A stretch of DNA of 32,000 nucleotides, taken from Candidatus Peribacter riflensis (GTDB taxonomy: Bacteria; Patescibacteriota; Gracilibacteria; Peribacterales; Peribacteraceae). The notes beneath the pieces were generated by a model. It worked only from the letters and a program-made list of their open reading frames with translations, made no database searches and was not told the DNA's origin. Where the stretch lies: positions 300,001 through 332,000 of the forward strand of contig CP013062.1 in NCBI GenBank assembly GCA_001430755.1. Direction: 5' to 3'. Below, piece by piece: positions 22,182 to 29,863 of the stretch (positions within the stretch are counted from its first letter, which is position 1; each line of letters starts with the position of its first letter). Position numbers and translations under genes: made by a program.

Positions 22182-24788
22182 TTGTTCAGTCTCCTCGAAC
22201 GCTTCTTCTGGCCCTTCTTCTGGATCGCAGGTCTCGCGGTCGTCTCGCTCGTACCCGGGGCGTGGCCGGCATTCGGACGCTGGTGGATCGCTCATCCGTT
22301 CTTGAACTCCGGCATCATCGTGGGCGTCTACGTGGCGTGGAAAATGGTGAAGTGGAACTTCCGGTACTTCTACGCTGTCTGGAAATCACGTTCGCTCGTG
22401 AAGATGAAGATCATGCTGCCGCGCTCCGACACGAAGGTGGATACAGAGAAGCGAACCGAGAAAGATTTCAAGGAGAAGGTGGCGATCATGGAGCAGCTCT
22501 ATCGTGCCCTCTGGGAAGTGCAGAGTCTGACGATCTGGCAGGAGCTGCGTTACTGGTTCTTCCGCTACATCACGATCAGTTTCGAGATGTACGTCGAGAA
22601 GGGCCTGCTCATGTTCTACGTAGTGACGCAGCCGGAGCTCCAGTCCATCGTCGAGAAGCAGATCACCGCGTTCTACCCGAATGCCGAGGTGACATTGCAC
22701 GATACGCCGGACCTGTGGCCCAAAGGCACCAAGCTCACGGCGTACAACATGATCACGGATAAGCCCTTCATGTTCCCGCTTCGGTATTACGAGCAGATGC
22801 AGGATGATCCGCTGAACGGCCTCGCGAACGTGCTCAGCAAGATGCAGGCCGATGAGACAGCAGGCATCCAGATGGTGCTCATGCCCTCCACGTCGCCCAA
22901 GTGGGGCACGCGGACGAAGCAGTACGCTTCGCAGAAATTCAAGGGGAAGAAGGAGGGCTGGTTCGGCAATGTGCCGATGCTGGGCGCACTCTTCTCGATC
23001 CTTGGCGGCGTCACCACCGGCACTGAGGGCGAGACCTTCGCCCCGGGTGCGAACCGCGGCGATGCCTTCGTCCGCATGATTCAGCCGGAGGAGGAGCTCT
23101 ACAAACGCATGGGTGAGAAGGCCGGCATGAGCTTCTATTTCGCCTCCATCCGCATCGCCTCTGCGGCGAAGACGTGGCAGCGTTCCATTGAGATTACCAA
23201 CAATCTGCAGGTCGCATTCAATGCCTTCAAGGATATCTACGGCAATTACCTGGATGATCACCGCATGTTCACCAATTTCTTCCCGCTCAAGTGGAATGCG
23301 CCGATTATCTACAAACTGTGGCAACGCCGGATCAACGGGTTCTGGCACCCGCGCTGTCTGCTCGTCGAGAAGGAACTTGCGGGGCTCTTCCACTTCCCCG
23401 ACAGCCGCTACAACAAGATCCCCATCATCGAGTGGATCAGCTATCGCGTGCTGCCTCCGCCTCCGAATATTCCCGCCGAGGGCATTCTCATCGGCATCAA
23501 CAAGCACCGGGCCGTCGAGACACCCATCCGTTTCCATCCCGAGGACCGCACCCGCCACCACTACATCATCGGAAAATCCGGAACGGGTAAATCTGCGCTG
23601 CTGTCGTGGATGAGCCGTCAGGATATCGAGAGGGGTGAAGGGGTGTGCATCGTGGATCCGCACGGAGACCTGATCGAGGATGCGCTCGCTCACACGCCCA
23701 AAGAGCGGGCAAAAGATATCGTCCTCTTCGATCCTGCAGATACCGAGCGGCCGATGGGCCTCAACCTGCTCGAGGCCAAAACGCCCGAAGAGAAAGACCG
23801 CGCCGCGCTCGATGCGATGGAGATCTTCATCAAGCTCTTCGGCAACGAGATCTTCGGGCCGCGCATTCAACACTATTTCCGCAACGGCTGTCTGACCCTC
23901 ATGGATGACGAGGAGGAAGGCGCGACGCTCATCGACGTGCCCCGGCTCTTCGTGGATGACGAGTTCCAGCGGTACAAGGTTGCCAAGTGCAAGAACCACG
24001 TCGTCCGCAGCTTCTGGGAGCACGAAATCGCCAAGACTGGCGCCAGAGAGAAAGAAGAGATGATCCCGTACTTCTCAGCCAAGTTCGGCCCCTTCATCAC
24101 GAATACCACGATGCGCAATATCATCGGGCAGCCCAAGAGCGCGTTCCAGATTCGCGAGATCATGGATGCGGGCAAGGTACTGCTCGTGAACCTGAGCAAG
24201 GGAAGAATCGGCGACGTGAACGCGCAGCTGCTGGGCCTGATCTTCGTGAACAAAGTGAACATGGCTGCGCTCTCGCGTGCCGACATCCAGCGCAAGCAGC
24301 GCCGCCGCTTCTACCTGTATGTGGACGAATTCCAGAACTTCGTGACCGATGCGTTCGCCACCATCCTCTCTGAGGCGCGCAAGTACGAGTTGGGGCTCAT
24401 CATGGCGCACCAGTACATCGGACAGCTCGTGGGCAAGACGGAGGAGTACGGACAGGCCAGCACCAAGCTGCGCGATGCGGTGTTCGGCAACGTGGGTACG
24501 ATCAGCTCCTTCAAGATCGGCGCGGAGGATGCGGAGTACATGGCCAAGGAATATGCGCCGGAACTCTCGGAGCAGGATGTGATCGGCATTCCGAACTTCA
24601 ACTGCTACACGAAGCTCTCGATCAACAACGTTCCCTCGCGGCCCTTCTCAATGGCCACGATCTATGACGAATCCAACCGCAACGAAGAGCTGGCCGGACT
24701 CATCAAGGAGTACAGCCGCATGAAATTCGGCAGGAAGAAAGTGTTCGTTGATCAGGAGATCGAAGACAGAATCGGGATGGTCCGTTGA
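22182..24788 (+). CDS. VirD4/TraD/TrwB-like type IV coupling protein ATPase with a large N-terminal membrane-anchored domain I cannot place
   Basis: TTG start. Two N-terminal hydrophobic helices. Walker A: HHYIIGKSGTGKSALL, followed by VDPHGDL. Walker B: RFYLYVDEFQNF, then GLIMAHQYIGQL. This is typical of TraD/TraG-family T4SS DNA-binding ATPases. Confidence 0.75.
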   Translation: MFSLLERFFWPFFWIAGLAVVSLVPGAWPAFGRWWIAHPFLNSGIIVGVYVAWKMVKWNFRYFYAVWKSRSLVKMKIMLPRSDTKVDTEKRTEKDFKEKVAIMEQLYRALWEVQSLTIWQELRYWFFRYITISFEMYVEKGLLMFYVVTQPELQSIVEKQITAFYPNAEVTLHDTPDLWPKGTKLTAYNMITDKPFMFPLRYYEQMQDDPLNGLANVLSKMQADETAGIQMVLMPSTSPKWGTRTKQYASQKFKGKKEGWFGNVPMLGALFSILGGVTTGTEGETFAPGANRGDAFVRMIQPEEELYKRMGEKAGMSFYFASIRIASAAKTWQRSIEITNNLQVAFNAFKDIYGNYLDDHRMFTNFFPLKWNAPIIYKLWQRRINGFWHPRCLLVEKELAGLFHFPDSRYNKIPIIEWISYRVLPPPPNIPAEGILIGINKHRAVETPIRFHPEDRTRHHYIIGKSGTGKSALLSWMSRQDIERGEGVCIVDPHGDLIEDALAHTPKERAKDIVLFDPADTERPMGLNLLEAKTPEEKDRAALDAMEIFIKLFGNEIFGPRIQHYFRNGCLTLMDDEEEGATLIDVPRLFVDDEFQRYKVAKCKNHVVRSFWEHEIAKTGAREKEEMIPYFSAKFGPFITNTTMRNIIGQPKSAFQIREIMDAGKVLLVNLSKGRIGDVNAQLLGLIFVNKVNMAALSRADIQRKQRRRFYLYVDEFQNFVTDAFATILSEARKYELGLIMAHQYIGQLVGKTEEYGQASTKLRDAVFGNVGTISSFKIGAEDAEYMAKEYAPELSEQDVIGIPNFNCYTKLSINNVPSRPFSMATIYDESNRNEELAGLIKEYSRMKFGRKKVFVDQEIEDRIGMVR

Positions 24789-24791
24789 TCC

Positions 24792-25202
24792 CTACCAGCC
24801 CCACGACGACCAGGAGGGCTGCGAGGGCCGCTGTTGCACGGAGCGGAAACCATCGCGGTATCCCTGTCGTTCTTTGTCGTCGTCGAGATCCCATTCCGCG
24901 CTCTCCCGTCCGCGGAGCATATCCTGCCGTCCGCTCTGGTACCCCTTGTCGTGGCGCTGCTGCGGCGAGAGATGCATGCGGAGGGTATTTTGCCCCTCCA
25001 GCTGGTGTTCCTGCTGCAGCTTCTGTTCGCTCTCTTTGATCGCGAGCGCCTTGATCAGGCGCCGGCGGTAGACGCTCATGCCGTGCGGCATCTGCCCTTT
25101 GCCGATATGTTCTCGCGCGGCGTCTAATTGTGTACTGCGGCTCTGGAGCTCCGAGAGCGGGAGGCTCATGTAGCGGTTGTGAATGCGGTTCTCGTCGATC
25201 AT
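24792..25202 (-). CDS. Hypothetical hydrophilic Q/R/E-rich protein
   Basis: 136-aa ORF. Its stop is 3 nt from the stop of the convergent ATPase gene. Its composition is more protein-like than that of the overlapping plus-strand ORFs. I recognise no family. Confidence 0.45.
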   Translation of the reverse strand: MIDENRIHNRYMSLPLSELQSRSTQLDAAREHIGKGQMPHGMSVYRRRLIKALAIKESEQKLQQEHQLEGQNTLRMHLSPQQRHDKGYQSGRQDMLRGRESAEWDLDDDKERQGYRDGFRSVQQRPSQPSWSSWGW

Positions 25203-25283
25203 GGGTGTTGAGGGAAATGGGCGGTATCGTCCTCTGGAGGAGACGCCGCTGTCAAGAATACGTGGAAATGTTCCGTAGAATTC

Positions 25284-26363
25284 TCAGTCGTAATCTTTCT
25301 TCAGTTTTTCCACGATTGCCTGAAATCGCTCGTGCAATTGCGGAAAGTGCTCGGTGAGCCAGGCGGAAAAACCCGACGGGCCGATGATCCGCTGATCCCC
25401 CGCTTTGCCAGATTCGATTTTCTTGCGCTCGTGATGATCCACCAGGCGTAGCGGTCTACCCTGCAGTACCTGTGAGATGAGATCGCGCGTGAAGGCCTGA
25501 ATCTCGCCCGTGACGTCCTGATACTCCTCGCCGCGGCCTTCGTTGTAGCCTTCGTACACGATGCCGGTGTGCGCCAGGAACTCCTCCGGCGTGATTGTTT
25601 TGCTCTCATCGAGCTTCGCAATCAGCCATTTGGAGTGTGGATCATGCGGGTCTTCCGTGATGATGCCGCCGGAAGCAGAAGCGGGCGGCGGAACGTACGG
25701 CGCCTCGATGAGGGAATTGCTCTGGGGGTGTTCCATGTACACGCCATGCATGTCCCAGTGCTTGCGGAACTTGGCCTCCACGTCGCGACCGCCCTCCATG
25801 GAGACGGTGACGATGTTGAGGTTCTGCTTCCGTGCTTGCTCGAGTGCGGCTTCCATTACCTTCTCATTGAGCACCTTGATCGCCCCTTTGCCGCGCAGGT
25901 TCTCGCGGATGCCGATGAGCCAGATGAAGAGCGTGGCGTCACGCTTCTGCCCTGCGGCCGGCTCTTCATCTGAGAGCGGCGTCACCTCGGTATTCGCGAA
26001 TCCCACCACTGCCCCGCGCTGGTCGCGGAGCAGGATGTAGTCCGAAGAGCCCGATGCGATCAGCTCTTGCACGTCCGCTGTCACATCGTCCGGAGCCATG
26101 TCTTCCACACGCTTCCCAGCGATGGCATCCTTGCCTTTATGGCCGCCTTCCTCGCTGCTGTCCAATTCCTGGAGCTCCCCCAGAAGTTCCAGCTGCATGT
26201 GTGCACAGTGCCGCGCATTCCTTTCATCCACGGCATCATCGCCGGTGGTCCGGATCACCTCAGCGGCGAATTGCGGTGTCTCTGCCGCTCGTTCTGCAGC
26301 GGAAGAAGGTGCCGATGCGGTCCCCTCGGTCGTTTCGACAGTTTTTTCGGGGGTTTTGCTCAT
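25284..26363 (-). CDS. Hypothetical protein with a possible GNAT-like acyl-CoA binding motif
   Basis: 359 aa. LFIWLIGIRENLRGKGAIKVLNEKVMEAA resembles GNAT motif A (R/Q-x-x-G-x-G/A). The N-terminus looks disordered. A consensus promoter abuts the ATG. Confidence 0.6.
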   Translation of the reverse strand: MSKTPEKTVETTEGTASAPSSAAERAAETPQFAAEVIRTTGDDAVDERNARHCAHMQLELLGELQELDSSEEGGHKGKDAIAGKRVEDMAPDDVTADVQELIASGSSDYILLRDQRGAVVGFANTEVTPLSDEEPAAGQKRDATLFIWLIGIRENLRGKGAIKVLNEKVMEAALEQARKQNLNIVTVSMEGGRDVEAKFRKHWDMHGVYMEHPQSNSLIEAPYVPPPASASGGIITEDPHDPHSKWLIAKLDESKTITPEEFLAHTGIVYEGYNEGRGEEYQDVTGEIQAFTRDLISQVLQGRPLRLVDHHERKKIESGKAGDQRIIGPSGFSAWLTEHFPQLHERFQAIVEKLKKDYD

Positions 26364-26369
26364 AAGGTG

Positions 26370-26397
26370 ATTATATTATGTATTATTTATATGTCAA
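26370..26397 (-). promoter_or_regulatory. Consensus sigma70-type promoter TTGACA-N16-TATAAT, with the ATG 6 nt after the -10 (leaderless)
   Basis: Minus strand reads TTGACAtataaataatacataaTATAATcaccttATG. The -35 is at 26392-26397, the -10 at 26370-26375, and the ATG at 26361-26363. Confidence 0.6.
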
Positions 26398-26472
26398 CTT
26401 ACCGCAAACAGGCGGAAATCACCATTTTCTTCTTTGTGCAGGAGCGGGTGCCCGAAAGCCGTAGGAAGGTGG

Positions 26473-26481
26473 TGCTACAAT
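26473..26481 (+). promoter_or_regulatory. Candidate extended -10 (TGCTACAAT) for the DUF4349 gene
   Basis: TGcTACAAT lies 27 nt upstream of ATG 26509, divergent from the promoter at 26370-26397. Confidence 0.4.
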
Positions 26482-26508
26482 CGTCCCAATTCATTCCCAA
26501 CCCTGCCC

Positions 26509-27426
26509 ATGAAAAAGGTTTTGCTCTGGATTGGCGGAATCGTAATTGTGCTGGTGATTGTGTTCCTCATTGTTGCGGCTCTCATGGGGGCGAGCGTCAT
26601 TCCTCTGTCGTCGACGCGGTCGTCCGTTTCGCAGAACTACGGGTACGATGGGGTGGCACTCCCCGGTGCGCCCATGCCGCGGGAAGAGTGGGATGAGGCG
26701 TCTGGAAACAGCAAAATGTACGATACAAGTGCATCGGTGACGCAGGCAGTGGATCGCGTCATCATCCGCACGGCCAGGATGGCGATCATTGCAGAGGACG
26801 TACGCAAGACGGTAGAAGCGCTGCGTTCCTTCATCGAACAGGAAGGGGGATTCGTGGTGAGTACGGATGTGTCGACAGATGAGGGCAGTGTGCCCAGTGC
26901 CAGTGTATCGTTGCGCATTCCTGCGGAGCGCCTCGATGCCGCGCTTTCCTACGTGCGGCAACAGGCGTTGCGTGTTGTGAGTGAATCGGTGTCGGGTGAG
27001 GATGTGACCGAGGAATACGTGGACGTCAAGGCACGCCTTTCCAACCTGGAAGCGAGTGAGCGCCAGTTTCTCATCATCATGAAAGACGCCCGCAAGACAG
27101 AGGACGTGCTCGCCGTGCAGCGGGAGATCGAACGCGTGCGCGGAGAGATTGAGTCGCTGACCGCCCGCAAGAAATACCTGGAGGAGTCGGCGAAGCTCTC
27201 GTCGTTCTTCATTTCCATCGCCACGGACGAAGCGTCCATTCCCGTGGTGAATGAGAGCGAGCAATGGCGGCCATTGGTCGTCGCGAAGGCCGCAGCGAAC
27301 GCGTTTGTCGAAGTACTGAAGTTCTTCGGCAATGTGATCATCTGGGCTATCGTCTTCGTGCCGGTCTGGGGAACGGCCATCCTCGTCGTCCGCTACTGGC
27401 GGAAGAGACATCTCCAGAGCCCGTAA
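26509..27426 (+). CDS. DUF4349 domain membrane protein
   Basis: N-terminal transmembrane helix MKKVLLWIGGIVIVLVIVFLIVAAL. Then ...LRIPAERLDAALSYVRQQALRVVSESVSGEDVTEEYVDVKARLSNLEASERQFLIIMKDARKTEDVLAVQREIERVRGEIESL, followed by a C-terminal transmembrane helix. This is the typical DUF4349 layout. Confidence 0.7.
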   Translation: MKKVLLWIGGIVIVLVIVFLIVAALMGASVIPLSSTRSSVSQNYGYDGVALPGAPMPREEWDEASGNSKMYDTSASVTQAVDRVIIRTARMAIIAEDVRKTVEALRSFIEQEGGFVVSTDVSTDEGSVPSASVSLRIPAERLDAALSYVRQQALRVVSESVSGEDVTEEYVDVKARLSNLEASERQFLIIMKDARKTEDVLAVQREIERVRGEIESLTARKKYLEESAKLSSFFISIATDEASIPVVNESEQWRPLVVAKAAANAFVEVLKFFGNVIIWAIVFVPVWGTAILVVRYWRKRHLQSP

Positions 27427-27478
27427 GATTCCGGAAATTGATTCTGGTTTCCGCCGCTCTCCTGTACTCTGTCTTCGT

Positions 27479-27787
27479 ATGGTTTCCTTCTCCCAAATCA
27501 AAGACATGTTCCGCGTGCAGCGCGAGGCGAAGAAGGTGAAGAAAGAGCTCAAGAAGATCCACGTGGAGGCCGAGGGGAGGGGAGTCAAAGTGGTCGTCTC
27601 GGCTGACATGGAGGTCGTGAGCATCGAGATCGCGCCCGATGCTGCCCGCGAAACGCTCGGCCGTGAAATTATGGATTGTCTGAACCGTGCGCTCAAGAAG
27701 GCACAGGTGGTCTCGGCCGAGAAGATGCAGGGGGTGATGGGCGAGATGGGGTTCCCGACGGAGCAGGGGATGGGACGAAAAGAATAG
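27479..27787 (+). CDS. ybaB: YbaB/EbfC-family nucleoid-associated protein
   Basis: MFRVQREAKKVKKELKKIHVEAEGRGVKVVVSADMEVVSIEIAPDA...EIMDCLNRALKKAQ. About 100 aa, matching the family pattern. Confidence 0.8.
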   Translation: MVSFSQIKDMFRVQREAKKVKKELKKIHVEAEGRGVKVVVSADMEVVSIEIAPDAARETLGREIMDCLNRALKKAQVVSAEKMQGVMGEMGFPTEQGMGRKE

Positions 27788-27917
27788 GACTAAGGGAAAA
27801 GGACTAAGGGAAAAGGACTAAGGGAAAAGGACTAAGGACTAAGGAAGAAGGGATCTGCTTCTGTGTGCTTAAAAATGCAAAATCTTCCTTAGTCCTTCGT
27901 CCTTAGTCCTTCGTCCT
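27787..27917 (+). repeat. Segmented hairpin built from 14-nt tandem units (GGACTAAGGGAAAA x3 plus partial units versus CCTTAGTCCTTCGT x2)
   Basis: Units at 27787-27800, 27801-27814 and 27815-27828, then ggactaa and ggactaaggaaga. The 13-bp core ggactaaggaaga (27836-27848) is a perfect complement of tcttccttagtcc (27883-27895). The outer 11-nt blocks AAGGACTAAGG are complementary, separated by 3-nt mismatches. Confidence 0.85.
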
Positions 27918-27934
27918 CTAAGATGCTATCAGTC

Positions 27935-28933
27935 ATGAAGAAGCTTCTGCTCCTCGTCCTCGGCCTCAGTATCGTCGCGTACGCGTGGTACCTGCATGAG
28001 CTTTCACCGCTCGGTGGAACGCGCGCGGTTCGGGTGAAGGTGGAGTCAGGCATGAGTGTCGCACAGGTGGGGTCGCTCCTGCATGAGAAGGGCGTGATCC
28101 GCTCGGTCAGGGCATTCAAAGTCTATGTGAAGCTCCATGCGGCGGAAGCCGGTTTGCAGGCGGGGTCCTTCATCTTCCGGCCGGATATGAGTGTGGATGA
28201 AATCGTTGAAGTACTGCGATCCGGCAAGTCGGAGGAAGTGGCGCTCACTATCCCGGAGGGATGGACAGTCACTGATATCGACGCGCTGCTTGCATCCCAG
28301 GGGCTTGCGGAATCGGGAGCCGTCTTGGATTGCATCAAGCGGTGTGATTTTTCGACGTTTGATTTCCTTCCGAATGTTTCGGGCGGCGCTCCGCGTGGGG
28401 GAACGCTGGAGGGCTACCTCTTTCCCGAGACGTACTTCGTCTCCGAAGTGGAGTTCGTCCCCAAGTTCTTTCTCGAGCGCCTGCTCGGAACCTTCCGTGC
28501 CCGGGTGGTGAACGATCTCATGGCGGAGATCACAGCATCCGGCCACTCGCTCCACGAGATCGTTACGATGGCCTCGCTGATCGAGGCCGAAACCCGGACC
28601 GATACGGAGCGCCCGATCGTAGCCGGCATCCTCTGGAAGCGCCTCGAAGCGGGCATGCCGCTCGGTGTCGATGCCACGGTGCGCTATATCACAGAAAAAC
28701 CGACGGAACCGATTACACAGTCGGATCTCGAAGTGAAGAGCCCGTACAACACGCGCAAATTCAAAGGGCTGCCGCCGGGCCCCATCGAGAGCCCGGGTAT
28801 GACGAGCATCCTTGCGGCCCTCAAGCCACAGGAGTCGCCGTACTGGTTCTACCTGCACGACAGCAAAGGCCTCATTCACTACGCATCAACGAATGACGAG
28901 CACAACGAGAACAAGCGGCGGTATTTGAGATAG
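27935..28933 (+). CDS. mltG: MltG (YceG-like) endolytic murein transglycosylase
   Basis: N-terminal transmembrane helix MKKLLLLVLGLSIVAYAW. Motifs EGWTVTDI, LEGYLFPETY, ASLIEAET, SPYNTRKFKGLPPGPI. An alternative upstream ATG at 27923 overlaps a TAAGAT -10-like hexamer. Confidence 0.9.
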   Translation: MKKLLLLVLGLSIVAYAWYLHELSPLGGTRAVRVKVESGMSVAQVGSLLHEKGVIRSVRAFKVYVKLHAAEAGLQAGSFIFRPDMSVDEIVEVLRSGKSEEVALTIPEGWTVTDIDALLASQGLAESGAVLDCIKRCDFSTFDFLPNVSGGAPRGGTLEGYLFPETYFVSEVEFVPKFFLERLLGTFRARVVNDLMAEITASGHSLHEIVTMASLIEAETRTDTERPIVAGILWKRLEAGMPLGVDATVRYITEKPTEPITQSDLEVKSPYNTRKFKGLPPGPIESPGMTSILAALKPQESPYWFYLHDSKGLIHYASTNDEHNENKRRYLR

Positions 28934-28987
28934 CTGTAAGACGTAAGTATAAGCAGTTGGTTAAGGCTTAAGTCTATCAAGAAAATG

Positions 28988-28996
28988 TGGTATAAT
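28988..28996 (+). promoter_or_regulatory. Candidate extended -10 (TGGTATAAT)
   Basis: TGgTATAAT lies 46 nt upstream of ATG 29043. Confidence 0.4.
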
Positions 28997-29042
28997 ACTC
29001 TTCGACGACCCACATCCTTCACAGATATCATTCACAGACAGC

Positions 29043-29687
29043 ATGACCCCCGCACACAAGCTCAAGATCGGCGTGATGGGCTCGGCCAGTGGTCCGCAGA
29101 TTTCCGATCCCCATGCGCGCGAGATGGCGAAGAAGATCGGGCAGGAGATCGGCAGGCGCGGCTACATCTTCATCAACGGCGCCTGTCCGGGCCTGCCGCA
29201 CGACGCGCTTCTGGGGGCCAAGGAGGCCGGGGCGTTCACGCTGGGGATCTCGCCGGCGTTCTCGGAGTACGAGCACGTGAACGAGTACCATTCGCCGCTG
29301 GATAGCGAGATGCTCATCTACACGGGGCAGGGATTCATGGAGCGCGACGTCGTGAATATCCGTTCCAGCGACGGTGTGGTCTTCATCAGCGGCGGCATCG
29401 GAACCCTCAATGAGCTCACCATTGCGTATGATGAAGGCAGGCCGATGGGTATCCTCACCAATACCGGTGGCATCAGCAACGCCATCAAGAGCATCATCAC
29501 CGATCTCTGTTTGCGTTCGATCCCACCGAACATGGTGTTCGACGATGACCCCGTCAAGCTGCTCGATAAACTGGAAGTCGCTATCCGTGCGTTCCCGCTT
29601 CCGATTCACGAAGACGGCCGTGTCATCGACAAGCCGGAAGGACGGCGCGAGGCCCCGCCGCATCTGCAGGAGAGAAAGCCGGGATGA
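29043..29687 (+). CDS. TIGR00725/LOG-like Rossmann-fold protein (SLOG superfamily)
   Basis: KIGVMGSASG...GYIFINGACPGLPHDALLGAKEAGAFTLGISPA...SDGVVFISGGIGTLNELTIAY. The GGxGT.EE-like motif is typical of LOG/TIGR00725 proteins. Confidence 0.7.
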   Translation: MTPAHKLKIGVMGSASGPQISDPHAREMAKKIGQEIGRRGYIFINGACPGLPHDALLGAKEAGAFTLGISPAFSEYEHVNEYHSPLDSEMLIYTGQGFMERDVVNIRSSDGVVFISGGIGTLNELTIAYDEGRPMGILTNTGGISNAIKSIITDLCLRSIPPNMVFDDDPVKLLDKLEVAIRAFPLPIHEDGRVIDKPEGRREAPPHLQERKPG

Positions 29688-29791
29688 CATTTCGTGGGAT
29701 GGCCACCTACCCGCCCGAACGTACCGACGTTCGGTACGGGCGGGCGGTGTCCCTCCCACGGACCCACCCTTCCCTTCAGTGGTGTCGCTCC

Positions 29792-29840
29792 AGACGCGGG
29801 TCCCGTCTTAAGCCACCCGCGTCTTCGCGACGTTTTTTTT
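29792..29840 (+). terminator. Candidate intrinsic terminator (10-bp perfect stem, then a T8 run)
   Basis: AGACGCGGGT-13 nt-ACCCGCGTCT, then tcgcgacg, then TTTTTTTT (29833-29840). It is preceded by a second GC-rich hairpin of about 15 bp at 29711-29747. Confidence 0.5.
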
Positions 29841-29863
29841 ATAATAGCTGCGGCAAGTGAACC

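Noticed and set aside
22386-24023. 545-aa ORF antisense to the coupling-ATPase gene. Similar long antisense or shadow ORFs occur at 5627-6823(+), 9471-10400(+), 13360-14319(-), 19490-20995(-), 26491-27696(-), 28046-28879(-) and 30029-30979(+).
   Set aside because: Each lies opposite an ORF with clear family motifs. Their translations are Arg/His/Gly/Leu-rich and low in complexity, as expected for stop-poor antisense frames in GC-rich DNA. None shows a recognisable domain.
27787-27852. The regularly spaced 14-nt direct repeats could suggest a CRISPR array.
   Set aside because: The units are contiguous with no spacers, far shorter than CRISPR repeats, and mirrored by a complementary array. No cas genes are nearby.
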